This document shows positions 17,538-26,943 of a stretch of DNA of 32,000 bases, one piece after another. The notes under the pieces are model-generated. The model did not search any database and was not told the DNA's origin. It was given only the letters and a program-made list of their open reading frames with translations. The stretch lies in assembly GCF_003428155.1 (NCBI RefSeq), contig NZ_QLIR01000003.1, positions 60,001-92,000 on the forward strand, in the 5' to 3' direction. The DNA comes from Fastidiosibacter lacustris (GTDB taxonomy: Bacteria; Pseudomonadota; Gammaproteobacteria; Francisellales; Francisellaceae). The translations under genes and the position numbers were made by a program. How positions within the stretch are numbered: position 1 is the stretch's first letter; the number at the start of each line of letters is the position of its first letter.

Positions 17538-18310
17538 GCAATAATCTTGGCTTCTATGTCACCGTTTAAGATAATAGGTGTTTCATTTACGGCATGCTTA
17601 AGTACAGCAAGGATATAACTTTTGTTATCGATATTGACTTGGTTAACCACATCGGCAACGTTTTTTAGTTCTAAATCTTGCAGTTTATCTGTGATAGGCA
17701 AAGCGGTTTCTGTTTCAAGGCTAAGAAGTGATTTTTTCAATGTGCCACGATACTTCATACGCGCAATAATTTCTTGTCCCATAAAACAACCTTTTTGATA
17801 GGATATAGCATTGAATTGATCTAAATTAAGCTCAGCAGGCAAAAAGACTTCACTATTTTTGATATCAATATAGGGCAGTTGTTGGCAAATATTTTCTTTA
17901 CAGACAGTTTTATAATCAAGCTTGGAGTTTATTTCTTTAAGCTTAGTATTGACAATAATACTGTGTTGAAATAAAAAACCTTCTTGTGCGGGAAGGTTAC
18001 TATATACTAACTGGTGGTTATCACAGGGATCAAAACTAATCTTAGAAAATACAGCATATTTTCTTAATGCACTTAACACCTGATCAGTTAGGTTATCAGG
18101 TAGTGCTAATAAAAGCGTTTGCTCATCTATAAAGTAAGTGAAAAATAATGCGATAAGGCGACCCTTTTGATTGCATAGACCATTTAACTGCATTAGGTTG
18201 TCGTGATTTAAAAGTGCCAAATCATTTGTCAATTGGCTCTGTAAAAATTTAATGCAATCAACGCCATGAGCGCGAACAATATGGATGTTTTGATAAATAT
18301 GGTAATTCAT
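17534..18310 (-). CDS. ygfZ: Folate-binding tRNA-modification / Fe-S cluster repair protein YgfZ (short form)
   Basis: 258 aa with the YgfZ signature KGCFMGQEIIARMKYRG (KGCYxGQE). The N-terminal pattern (G.D...FLQ.Q.TND) is typical. It is shorter than the E. coli protein. Confidence 0.75.
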   Translation of the reverse strand: MNYHIYQNIHIVRAHGVDCIKFLQSQLTNDLALLNHDNLMQLNGLCNQKGRLIALFFTYFIDEQTLLLALPDNLTDQVLSALRKYAVFSKISFDPCDNHQLVYSNLPAQEGFLFQHSIIVNTKLKEINSKLDYKTVCKENICQQLPYIDIKNSEVFLPAELNLDQFNAISYQKGCFMGQEIIARMKYRGTLKKSLLSLETETALPITDKLQDLELKNVADVVNQVNIDNKSYILAVLKHAVNETPIILNGDIEAKIIA

Positions 18311-18473
18311 AGATGGTACGGTAAACGGTTATTTATTGCTGGCAAAATAACGGATTTAGAGTGTAAAGTAAAGTTGTTACTTTTGCTTGTAACATTTAAA
18401 ATTAGGTATTGCAATCTAGCTTATCAAAGAACAAAAAATAATAAGGTCAATTGTATTTTTATGGTGGGTAATA

Positions 18474-19466
18474 TTACCATTGATTGTAATTTTCTTTTAC
18501 TTCCTGAATTAAGCGATGATAGTTAATCAGACGTTGCCTTGAAATTTTTCCAGATTTCACAGCTTGATCAAGTGCGCAACCCTTGGTATTTTCAAGGTGT
18601 TGACAGTTCCTAAACTGACACTTATTATCAAGTTCAATAAATTCGTTAAATCCATTAAAAATATCCGTTTCAGTAAGGTGCCAAATGCCAAACTCTCGAA
18701 TACCAGGGGAGTCAATGATATTGGTATTTTGATCTAAGTGAAACAGTCTGGCGGTGGTCGTGGTATGTTTACCACGATTATTTTGTTCGGATATTTCACC
18801 AGTTTGGGCAATTTGCTTACCAAAAAGGGCGTTGAGAGTTTCGGATTTACCTACACCAGATTGACCAACGATAATAGATGTTTTATGACTGAGCATATCT
18901 TTTAATGCTTGTAAGTTTTTATCGCATAATGCCGAGCAGCTAATGCAAATGTAGCCTAGTGTGTGATATAAAGTCATGATCTCTTTTAACTGAAGTTTGT
19001 TATCAGAATTGTCAAACAGATCCATTTTATTAAGCACAATAATTGGCGTGATTTGCATGTGCCAAGCTGCAACTAAATAGCGATCAATATAATGCTCAAT
19101 AGGAAGGGGGTTCACAGCAATCATAATGACAAGTTGATCAATATTTGCAGCCATGGTTTTATGCGTATGCGAGAGTTTACTTGGGCGAATAAGCGCATTT
19201 TTACGTGCTAAAACTTGGTAAATAATGCCATACGCACTATTAAGTTGTGGCATATAAAGCACTTTATCACCTGCGACAATGGTGCCTAAATTCTGGCGAT
19301 ATTGGCAAAAAATAGGTTGCCCATTTTCTGCCTCAACTTCAATAAACTTACCTCTGTGCGAGATAGCAAGTCCGCTCAAAATGGAAGATAAATCTTCAGA
19401 AAGTTGATTTGCTTTGTTGTTTTGAATATTTCGTAATTGCTGCTTGCTTAATTTCCGTTTGACCAT
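18474..19466 (-). CDS. rsgA: Ribosome small-subunit-dependent GTPase A
   Basis: 330 aa with circularly permuted GTPase motifs (NKMDL, then GQSGVGKSE/T.LN, then DSPG) and a C-terminal zinc cluster C.F.NC.H......CA. Confidence 0.9.
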   Translation of the reverse strand: MVKRKLSKQQLRNIQNNKANQLSEDLSSILSGLAISHRGKFIEVEAENGQPIFCQYRQNLGTIVAGDKVLYMPQLNSAYGIIYQVLARKNALIRPSKLSHTHKTMAANIDQLVIMIAVNPLPIEHYIDRYLVAAWHMQITPIIVLNKMDLFDNSDNKLQLKEIMTLYHTLGYICISCSALCDKNLQALKDMLSHKTSIIVGQSGVGKSETLNALFGKQIAQTGEISEQNNRGKHTTTTARLFHLDQNTNIIDSPGIREFGIWHLTETDIFNGFNEFIELDNKCQFRNCQHLENTKGCALDQAVKSGKISRQRLINYHRLIQEVKENYNQW

Positions 19467-19581
19467 GCACTTGTAACGATATTGAGTAAAAAAACTTATA
19501 TTGTTGGTTAGTATAACTACATATAACTAGAATAGAAATTAAATAATAGGTTCTACTCTATGTTTTTTTAATCAATATAAA

Positions 19582-20322
19582 CTAAGCCATGTATATGCCA
19601 CCATTGACATGAATAGTTTGACCTGTGATATAACGTGCACCTTCTGATGCCAAGAATAAAACAGTTGCTGAAATATCTTTAGGTTGACCTAAAATTTGGG
19701 CAGGGATTTGCTTAATGATGGTGGCTTTTTGCTCGTTGGTAAGCTTATCAGTCATATCGGTTTGGATAAAACCAGGTGCAACAACATTAACTGTAATATT
19801 GCGAGAGGCAATTTCTTGAGCTAATGATTTAGAAAAACCAATAACGCCAGCTTTACTTGCACAATAGTTAGCTTGTCCTGGATTGCCAGAAGTACCAACA
19901 ACAGAGCCAATCGTAATAATACGACCCCAGCGTTTTTTTATCATATGACGAATTCCTGCTTTTGAAATATTAAATACTGAATCCAAGTTGGTGCGAATGA
20001 CATCTAACCAGTCTTCTTCAGACAAGCGCATCGTGAGATTATCCTTTGTGATACCAGCATTATTAATAATAATATCAGGATGACCTGTGTTATCTTTCAT
20101 CCAGTTAAAAGCAACTTCAATTTCAGCGGTATTCGTAACATTTAGCTTTAAGCCATAACATTTACCATGTTGTTGCAAGCTTTCAGTGATTTGTTGTGCT
20201 CCAGTTTCTGAGGTGGCAGTGCCTATGACTATAGCACCTTGTTCGGCGAAATTTTTAGCAATCGCAGCGCCAATTCCACGGCTAGCACCAGTAACGAACA
20301 CGATTTTGTTTTTAAAATCCAT
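19582..20322 (-). CDS. fabG: 3-oxoacyl-[ACP] reductase
   Basis: 246-aa SDR with VTGASRGIG, NNAG and YxxxK (YCASKAG). The FabG-typical C-terminus GQTIHVNGGMYM-like motif is present, and the gene sits immediately downstream of fabD. Confidence 0.93.
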   Translation of the reverse strand: MDFKNKIVFVTGASRGIGAAIAKNFAEQGAIVIGTATSETGAQQITESLQQHGKCYGLKLNVTNTAEIEVAFNWMKDNTGHPDIIINNAGITKDNLTMRLSEEDWLDVIRTNLDSVFNISKAGIRHMIKKRWGRIITIGSVVGTSGNPGQANYCASKAGVIGFSKSLAQEIASRNITVNVVAPGFIQTDMTDKLTNEQKATIIKQIPAQILGQPKDISATVLFLASEGARYITGQTIHVNGGIYMA

Positions 20323-20343
20323 AATTTATCCTTGTATTTAGTT

Positions 20344-21279
20344 TTATGCTTTTACTTGTTCAATGAGTTTTTCAAATGTATCAACTGTTGAAGTGTCATA
20401 ATAGTTAAGCTCTTTAATAATGCGCTTATTTAAGCCAGTTAATACTTTACTGGCACCACATTCAATCACAGTATTTATTCCATCTTTAGCCATTTGTTCA
20501 ATAGTTTGAGTCCACTTAACAGGGCAATACAACTGTTTGATTAAGGTGTGTTTAATTTCTTTAACATCAGTATGTGAGACAACGTCATAATTATGTAATA
20601 CTTTTATTTCAGGTTTTTTAATATTTATTTTATCTAACGCAATGGCAAACTTTTTTGCAGCTTCCTTCATTAAAGAGCAGTGAGAAGGCACGCTCACTGG
20701 TAAAATTTGTGCACGCTTAGCTCCCATTTTCTTGGCGATTTCATTAGCTCTTTCGACGGCTTGAAGCTCACCTGAAATAACGACTTGACCTTGCGAGTTA
20801 AAGTTAGCTGGTTCGACGATACCCATATCGTTTGCGGTATTGCAGCATTCTATGACTTGCTCATTAGTCAATCCTAAAATGGCACTCATTGCACAAGCCT
20901 TGTCTGTAACAGCAGATTGCATTAGTTGCCCGCGAAGTTGAACAAGCTTCAAAGCATCAGAAAACTGAATACCATTAGCTGCACATAATGCTGAATATTC
21001 ACCTAAACTGTGACCAGCTAAAACATTGGCTTGAGTATTACTGTGTATCGATAAAATACGCCAAATTGCGATACTTGCAGCAAGTATCGCAGGTTGAGTG
21101 TATTCAGTTTTATTGAGCTTTTCTTCGTCATTTTGAATAATTTCCCACAGATCAAATTGAAGTGTGTCATTTGCTTCAGCAAACGTTTTTCTAACTTCAT
21201 CAAATTGCTGATAGTAATCGCTTAACATTCCAATCTTTTGTGAACCCTGACCTGGGAAAACAATTGCAGTATGCGTCAT
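20344..21279 (-). CDS. fabD: Malonyl-CoA:ACP transacylase
   Basis: 311 aa with FPGQGSQ, the active-site GHSLGEYSAL and the VSVPSHC motif. Confidence 0.93.
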   Translation of the reverse strand: MTHTAIVFPGQGSQKIGMLSDYYQQFDEVRKTFAEANDTLQFDLWEIIQNDEEKLNKTEYTQPAILAASIAIWRILSIHSNTQANVLAGHSLGEYSALCAANGIQFSDALKLVQLRGQLMQSAVTDKACAMSAILGLTNEQVIECCNTANDMGIVEPANFNSQGQVVISGELQAVERANEIAKKMGAKRAQILPVSVPSHCSLMKEAAKKFAIALDKINIKKPEIKVLHNYDVVSHTDVKEIKHTLIKQLYCPVKWTQTIEQMAKDGINTVIECGASKVLTGLNKRIIKELNYYDTSTVDTFEKLIEQVKA

Positions 21280-21447
21280 AACTTAATTCCTGTAGTTTAA
21301 AATACGTAATTATGCTAGTGAATTTTACGCCAATCTTCAAAAGGTTTATTTGTTTAAACTTTAATTTAAGGCTTGGTAGTATTTTAGGCAGCACGACAGC
21401 TTGATTAGGCAATAAAATGCACTAAACATCTATCAGTATTTGAAAAC

Positions 21448-21897
21448 TTAAGGTTTTGCTAAAAGATAATCCTCTAAATTGCCTTTGATTTTAAGCTCAG
21501 ATATAGCAAAACGTGCGGCTGAAATACCAATCTTGTGAACACTGTTTTTATCTTGAGTGATAAGTGGATGCCAACTGGGCAAATTTTTGCCTTGATATAG
21601 GCGTTTGTAAGCGCAACTATTAGGCAACCAATGTTGAGCATGTCGTAGGTGATAGACATCTAACTGTAAACAGTTAGGTACAAGTTGTTTGCGTTTTGGA
21701 TAATTGCTGCACTGACATGTTTTACAATCTAATAATTTACAAGCAACCTTGGTGTAATAGATTTCATTGGTTTCATCATCTTGCAGTTTATGTAAACAAC
21801 AAAGCCCACAACCGTCACATAGCGCTTCCCATTCAGAAGCTGTCATGTCAGAAAGAGCAATTTTTTGCCAGAAGTTTGGGCGTAGGGTTTGGGACAT
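21448..21897 (-). CDS. ycgN: UPF0260 family cysteine-cluster protein YcgN
   Basis: Strong full-length resemblance to E. coli YcgN (FWQ...L..M...EWE.LCDGCG.CCLHKL.D..T.EIY.T.VAC..L....CQC.NY, WLP..CAY, LP.WHPL). The start is trimmed to the ATG at 21897 (MSQTLRPNFWQ), which abuts the ispB stop. Confidence 0.85.
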   Translation of the reverse strand: MSQTLRPNFWQKIALSDMTASEWEALCDGCGLCCLHKLQDDETNEIYYTKVACKLLDCKTCQCSNYPKRKQLVPNCLQLDVYHLRHAQHWLPNSCAYKRLYQGKNLPSWHPLITQDKNSVHKIGISAARFAISELKIKGNLEDYLLAKP

Positions 21898-21898
21898 G

Positions 21899-22870
21899 TT
21901 AATGTGTCCTTTCAACAGCAATATGTGCTAAGGCAATAAGTGCTTCTTTATAAGAAGAATGAGCTAAATTTTCAATTGCATCAATCGCTTTTTGTGCTGC
22001 ATCTTGTGCTTTGCCTATGGCATATTCAATGGCGCCACTTTGTTTAATAATATTAATGATTTTATCCATTTGTGGGTGGTGACCTTGCTCTATTGCATTA
22101 CGGATAAGATTAGCATCTGTATTATTGGCATTTCGTAGTGCATATATTACAGGTAGTGTGGTTTTGCCTTCGGTAAGGTCATCACCGATGTTTTTACCCA
22201 AAGTGTCTACATCAGAGATATAGTCTAAGATGTCATCTGCAATTTGAAAGGCGTTGCCTAAATTCATGCCATAGTTGTGGAGTGCTTGTTTTTCGATGCT
22301 ATTGGCTTTTGCAATAATGCTTGCTACATCACATGCTGCTTCAAAAAGTTTAGCTGTTTTGCAATAGATTACTTGCATATACCCATCTTCTGTAACATTA
22401 GGGTTATGACAGTTCAATAATTGTAAAACTTCGCCTTCTGCGATTTTATTAGTGGCATCTGCGAGTATTTGCATAATTGATATTTCATTTAACTCAACCA
22501 TCATCTGAAAGGCGCGTGAATAAAGAAAGTCACCAGTAAGAACTGAAGCGGCATTACCAAAAACATTATTAGCAGTTTGTTTACCACGACGCATATCAGA
22601 TTCATCAACAACATCATCATGTAAAAGCGTTGCAGTATGAATAAACTCAATAATGGCTGCGGCTTTGGTGTGAGCTTGACCTTGATAGTTAAGGGCTCGC
22701 GCAACAAGCATGAGTAATAATGGGCGCAAACGCTTACCACCACTGTGAATAATATGTTGACTGATTTGATTAATTAAAACAACATCAGAAGCAAGTTGTT
22801 CAACGATGACATCGTTATTTTGCTCAGTATCATAAGTAATGAGTTGTTGAATTTGTTTTAGGTTTAACAT
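21899..22870 (-). CDS. ispB: Octaprenyl (all-trans polyprenyl) diphosphate synthase
   Basis: 323 aa with the two aspartate-rich motifs LLHDDVVDESD..RG and FQIADDILD, and the KR.RP motif near the N-terminus. Confidence 0.9.
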   Translation of the reverse strand: MLNLKQIQQLITYDTEQNNDVIVEQLASDVVLINQISQHIIHSGGKRLRPLLLMLVARALNYQGQAHTKAAAIIEFIHTATLLHDDVVDESDMRRGKQTANNVFGNAASVLTGDFLYSRAFQMMVELNEISIMQILADATNKIAEGEVLQLLNCHNPNVTEDGYMQVIYCKTAKLFEAACDVASIIAKANSIEKQALHNYGMNLGNAFQIADDILDYISDVDTLGKNIGDDLTEGKTTLPVIYALRNANNTDANLIRNAIEQGHHPQMDKIINIIKQSGAIEYAIGKAQDAAQKAIDAIENLAHSSYKEALIALAHIAVERTH

Positions 22871-22936
22871 TCTTTTTTTTCTTAAATATATCGCTAACCG
22901 AGAGCATAAAGTGATGATAAGTTTGCGTCAAGTAGA

Positions 22937-24286
22937 TTACTGGAAGTGGCGATGTAAAAATGAACCAAAGAGAGTAGTGACAATAAGAGATAAAATAAAT
23001 ATAACAAGCATGGTCAACCAGTTCGTTACAACCCAGATATTGTAAATCTTTTGAATAAAAGCACTTAGGATAATACTAGGTGCAATCAAACGTAAGCTTA
23101 GATTATAAATAGCAGATAGTTTAATTTGTGTTGCTTTTTGTAACTGATAACTGAGTCTTTGGGCATCAAAAATCCAACCAAAAATTAATATTTCTATATA
23201 AGTAATTACAAAGATTAGGTTTATTATTAGCTCCGATTGGATTATTTGTTTAAACTCATCTTTTACGATGTGCTGATAGATGATAACAGCAGCAAGTAAT
23301 AGAATAAAAAAGGGTAGATACACATACCATTTTGTGTTTTTGATATTTTGAGTGACAAGTCCTTTAAAAGTTTGGCATAGTAAAATTGCAGCAGTTAACA
23401 AGCAGAAGAAAAATAAACCAAATGCAAGTAAATTCAATGTGTAGGCATATTCAAAGCCTAAAATCTCAGAAGCAGATTTGGTGCTTTTAACATAAAAGTT
23501 TTGAATAAGCATAATCACAATCGCTGCAATAACACTGCCAATAATAAATATCCAGCTAAAGCGACGAATAGAGCATTGTGCAGTAAGATAGGTGCCAAAA
23601 ACAGTATTGATCCCTAAACCAATGAGACCTGAGAATAATGCAAGGGTTAAAGCATTTATCCAGACCTGTTGTTTGGTCAAAAGAGAAAAATTTGGGATGA
23701 AGAAATCAGTGGTGATTACACCTGCTTTAAAGGTGATTGAATTCATAATAAATAACCCAATTAAGCAGGCGATACCAAGAGTGGAAAAAGCAGCACTTAG
23801 ATTTAAAAAACGCTTAGCCGTTTGAGTAATAAACAAAATAACGATCATCAAAACACTCAACGCAACACTAATTGTCAAAGCATACTGATGGATTATATAA
23901 AGCGTTTTTTCAGGTGAGTGGTCCATGTACCAGTGACTTGTATAGACTAGGCTTGTGGTTAGTAAACTCATATTGTTAATAACAATGATAAGTATCAAGC
24001 CAGCAAGCAGCAAAGAGAGAAGACTCACAAACCGTAATCGGTTAGATTTTGTCATGTAGTGTAAACTTCCAGAAAGCTTTTTCTTACTTAAAAAACCGGA
24101 TATAGATTCCGATATCAAAACAGGCATGCTAATAAAAACTAGCATCAGAATATAAGCAAAAATAAAACTGATATTGTTATACTCGATTGGGTATTTGCTA
24201 ATTTGTGAATATAAAAACAAACCAATTGCGGCAGCAACAATAATCAACGAGTAAAGTGCTGAACGGATAGATGATATTTGGTTCAT
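22937..24286 (-). CDS. Divergent sodium:neurotransmitter symporter (NSS/SNF) family-like transporter
   Basis: Multi-pass membrane protein. [39 protein letters not shown] parallels the LeuT segment [52 protein letters not shown]...IKLSAIY...IAP parallels ELIIFFWIFGAD...IKVPRIY...ITP. The start is trimmed to the ATG at 24286 (MNQISS...), with AGGAA 5 nt upstream. Confidence 0.55.
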   Translation of the reverse strand: [449 protein letters not shown]

Positions 24287-24486
24287 ATGAATTCCTGTAA
24301 ATAATAATGTCCTTATGATAGCAATCTCATTTTGCTTGTCATCTAAAACCAACTAATATTTATCGCTATACTTATAGCCATCTATTGGATGTTTTACTAT
24401 GAAATACTGTTTTCCTTTATAAGGGTGATCAACTTATGTGATCATCAAAGTTTGTAGTAATTATTTAATTTAAAAGAGATATAAAG

Positions 24487-25530
24487 ATGACTCTAGGTAG
24501 TAACGTTTATTCTTCGATCAACGCAATTAAAGCGGTTATAGCTACTGTAATTGGCTATTTAGTAGGGTGCTGGCTTGGGTTTTGGTTAGATGTGCCAGAA
24601 ATGTATGCTTGGATTGTGGTAACAATATTGGTTGTAATGTCAAGCCAACCTAATTTAGGTGGTGCGCTTGAGAAGGCAAAAATGCGATTTCTAGGTACTA
24701 TTGTTGCGACATTATGTTCAATTGTGATTTTATTATTAATGCCAGGCTTTCCCATTTGGCAGATGATGTTGGGGCTGTGTTTAATTGCTGTTGGTGTCTT
24801 TACTGCAACGGCATCGACTAAATATATGTACGCTGGTGTGTTAGGTGCTATTACTATAGCAATTATTTTATTTGGTAGTCGTGCGAGTTTAGAGATTGCA
24901 ATTTATCGAGCATCAGAAGTGTTCATTGGTATTACAATTGCTATTATCGTTAATCGTTATCTTTTTCCAATACGTGCCAGTAGACGCATATATCAGTCTT
25001 TTTCACAGAGTATGATGTGCATCAATAAATTGCATCAAAAGTTATTTGTAGGTGATGATCATGAAGACATCCTGGTGGAGATTTTTACACACTTTTCAAA
25101 ACAGATCACCTTGCAAAAGGAAATTGTATATGAGAAAGAAAAAATCCATTTAAAGCAGTACAAGGCAACAACGCGTTATTTACGTCAACTTTATCGTTAT
25201 ACTTGTGTGATATATGAGTATATCAATCGGTATCCCAAAAAAAGAGAACGCTTTGCTAATAGTAATGAGTTTAAAGCATTACATGAGGCAATTAGAGTAC
25301 TTTTTGAGAAGATAAGCAATAGCTTTAAACAACAAAAGTTCGATGATTATAGTGATGATTTTAAGTGCTTAACCAAGTTATTAGCAGCATTTACAGAAAC
25401 CCTTAATATACAAGTGGAATTTCGTTATGCAAGCACCTTAATTTTTTCATTGAATATGATAGTTGATACTTTGCAGGCAATTGAAAAAACACAAAATTTA
25501 AAAACAGATAGTTTGCAAAATCATTCGTGA
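24487..25530 (+). CDS. FUSC / aromatic-acid-exporter-like inner-membrane protein
   Basis: 347 aa. The N-terminal ~170 aa carry 5-6 TM helices and the pattern ...GGALEKAK.R.LGT..., followed by a helical cytoplasmic C-terminal half. This architecture is typical of short FUSC/ArAE family members. The call is from pattern only. Confidence 0.55.
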   Translation: MTLGSNVYSSINAIKAVIATVIGYLVGCWLGFWLDVPEMYAWIVVTILVVMSSQPNLGGALEKAKMRFLGTIVATLCSIVILLLMPGFPIWQMMLGLCLIAVGVFTATASTKYMYAGVLGAITIAIILFGSRASLEIAIYRASEVFIGITIAIIVNRYLFPIRASRRIYQSFSQSMMCINKLHQKLFVGDDHEDILVEIFTHFSKQITLQKEIVYEKEKIHLKQYKATTRYLRQLYRYTCVIYEYINRYPKKRERFANSNEFKALHEAIRVLFEKISNSFKQQKFDDYSDDFKCLTKLLAAFTETLNIQVEFRYASTLIFSLNMIVDTLQAIEKTQNLKTDSLQNHS

Positions 25531-26777
25531 TGTATATACCTAATTTTGACAAGTTTGATCATATTGTTTTCTACTTTTTTTACTTCAACAACATAATCAT
25601 TTATTTTAAGACAACAATTCCCAATGGGAATTTCTCGCAGTTCATCGATGATAAAACCAGAGATTGTTTTCGCGCCGTGAGTAGGCAAATGCAAGTGCAA
25701 GTGGCGGTTAATCTCGCGAATGGTTGTATCTCCTGTCGTGGTATGTGTATTGTCAGAGCCAATTTTGATATGGGTTTCTAAGTTATAGGTATCGGCAAAC
25801 TCACCAACAATTTCTTCAATGATATCTTCAACGGTTATAATACCTTCGATTTCACCATATTCATTAACAACAGTAGCAAAACGCATACCTTTCTTTTGAA
25901 AGTCAATCAATTGAGTTTGAATAGAGATATTGTCAGGTGTGTAATAAGGTTCATTGAGTAAGCTTAAAATTTCTTCATAAGTGGGGGTGTCATCTTTGGT
26001 GATGAATTTCAAAGCTTCTCTTGTTAAAATGATGCCTGCAATATTTTCGATCGTATCATAGCATGCGATTAAGATAGAATGCTTAGCATTGACGATTTGT
26101 TTGATGATGTTGTTAATATCTAAGCTTAAGTTAATGCATTCAACTTTGTGATGTGGAATCATGACATCGGATACTTTAATTTGGTTGAGCTCCAACACAC
26201 CAAGCAGCATGTTTTTGTTTCGGGGTCCTAATTTGCTTTTTGAGTCATGAACAACAGAGTGAATTTCATCGCTGCTTAATGGTTCACTGGTTTCTTTGTG
26301 TTTAATTTTAAGACCACATAATCTAAATAAGATATTAACAAAGCTATTTAATAACCATACCAGTGGATAGAAAAGCATAAGTAGCAGCCACAATATAGGT
26401 GAGGCAGGAAAAGCAAGTTGCTCTGGAAATACGGCTGCCAAGGTTTTAGGAATAATCTCACCAAATAACAAAATAATAATGGTCAAGCTAATGGTTGAAA
26501 CCACAAGTCCAATTTGACCAAAGCTCTGCTCAGCATAGCTTGTTAGTATGGCAGACGCAATAATATTAGCAAATGTATTACCTACTAAAATCATACCAAG
26601 TAAGCGATCAGGGCGTTTAATTAAATTTAAACTGCGTTTTGCTGCCTTATTTTTGCGCTTTGCAAGATGACGTAGCTTATATTTATTAAGCGACATCATT
26701 GCGGTTTCAGAAGCAGAAAAAAACGCAGAACATAAAATTAATAGAGCCAAAGCAATCAAAGTGAGGTTAATATCCAT
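25521..26777 (-). CDS. CNNM/DUF21-CBS-CorC_HlyC family transporter-associated protein (HlyC/CorC family)
   Basis: The N-terminal DUF21 membrane domain has FFSASETA. A CBS pair and a C-terminal CorC/HlyC domain (G.TTIREINRHL...LP....KTISGFI...L..IP) follow. The track start at 26795 is a TTG; I prefer the ATG at 26777 (MDINLTL...), but the start remains uncertain. Confidence 0.85.
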   Translation of the reverse strand: MDINLTLIALALLILCSAFFSASETAMMSLNKYKLRHLAKRKNKAAKRSLNLIKRPDRLLGMILVGNTFANIIASAILTSYAEQSFGQIGLVVSTISLTIIILLFGEIIPKTLAAVFPEQLAFPASPILWLLLMLFYPLVWLLNSFVNILFRLCGLKIKHKETSEPLSSDEIHSVVHDSKSKLGPRNKNMLLGVLELNQIKVSDVMIPHHKVECINLSLDINNIIKQIVNAKHSILIACYDTIENIAGIILTREALKFITKDDTPTYEEILSLLNEPYYTPDNISIQTQLIDFQKKGMRFATVVNEYGEIEGIITVEDIIEEIVGEFADTYNLETHIKIGSDNTHTTTGDTTIREINRHLHLHLPTHGAKTISGFIIDELREIPIGNCCLKINDYVVEVKKVENNMIKLVKIRYIHHE

Positions 26778-26892
26778 AACAAAATCTATGTACAAGTTAG
26801 GTTAATCTGGTGCTAATCATAGCAAGTGTTAATTGAGCAATCAGTATTTTTGTGGGCAATTTTTCGCAAATGGGTGAAAAGTTTTACGTGCG

Positions 26893-26901
26893 TGATATAA
26901 T
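26893..26901 (+). promoter_or_regulatory. Candidate extended -10 promoter element for guaA
   Basis: TGATATAAT (TGnTATAAT) lies about 43 nt upstream of the guaA ATG. The -35 region is poor (GGTGAA at 17-nt spacing), which an extended -10 can compensate for. Confidence 0.35.
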
Positions 26902-26943
26902 CGCCTGAAAATTTTGAATAAGGCTTAGGGCAATCTTTTAGTC

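Noticed and set aside
18266-18526. 86-aa plus-strand ORF bridging the ygfZ-rsgA intergenic region.
   Set aside because: It overlaps both neighbouring CDSs on the opposite strand and shows no motifs, so it is most likely spurious. The gap also contains only a weak 6-bp hairpin (TGTTAC-N8-GTAACA).
19529-19569. Hairpin AGAATAGAA-N13-TTCTACTCT followed by a T7 run on the plus strand, just downstream of fabG.
   Set aside because: It has terminator shape only on the plus strand, where no gene ends, and there the stem carries an A-C mismatch. On the minus strand (fabG sense) the stem is preceded by an A-run rather than followed by a U-run. At best it is a weak bidirectional terminator, and I do not think that is supportable.
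21200-21412. 70-aa minus-strand ORF overlapping the fabD start and its upstream region.
   Set aside because: It is out of frame with fabD, overlaps fabD's first 80 nt and has no SD. It is likely chance.
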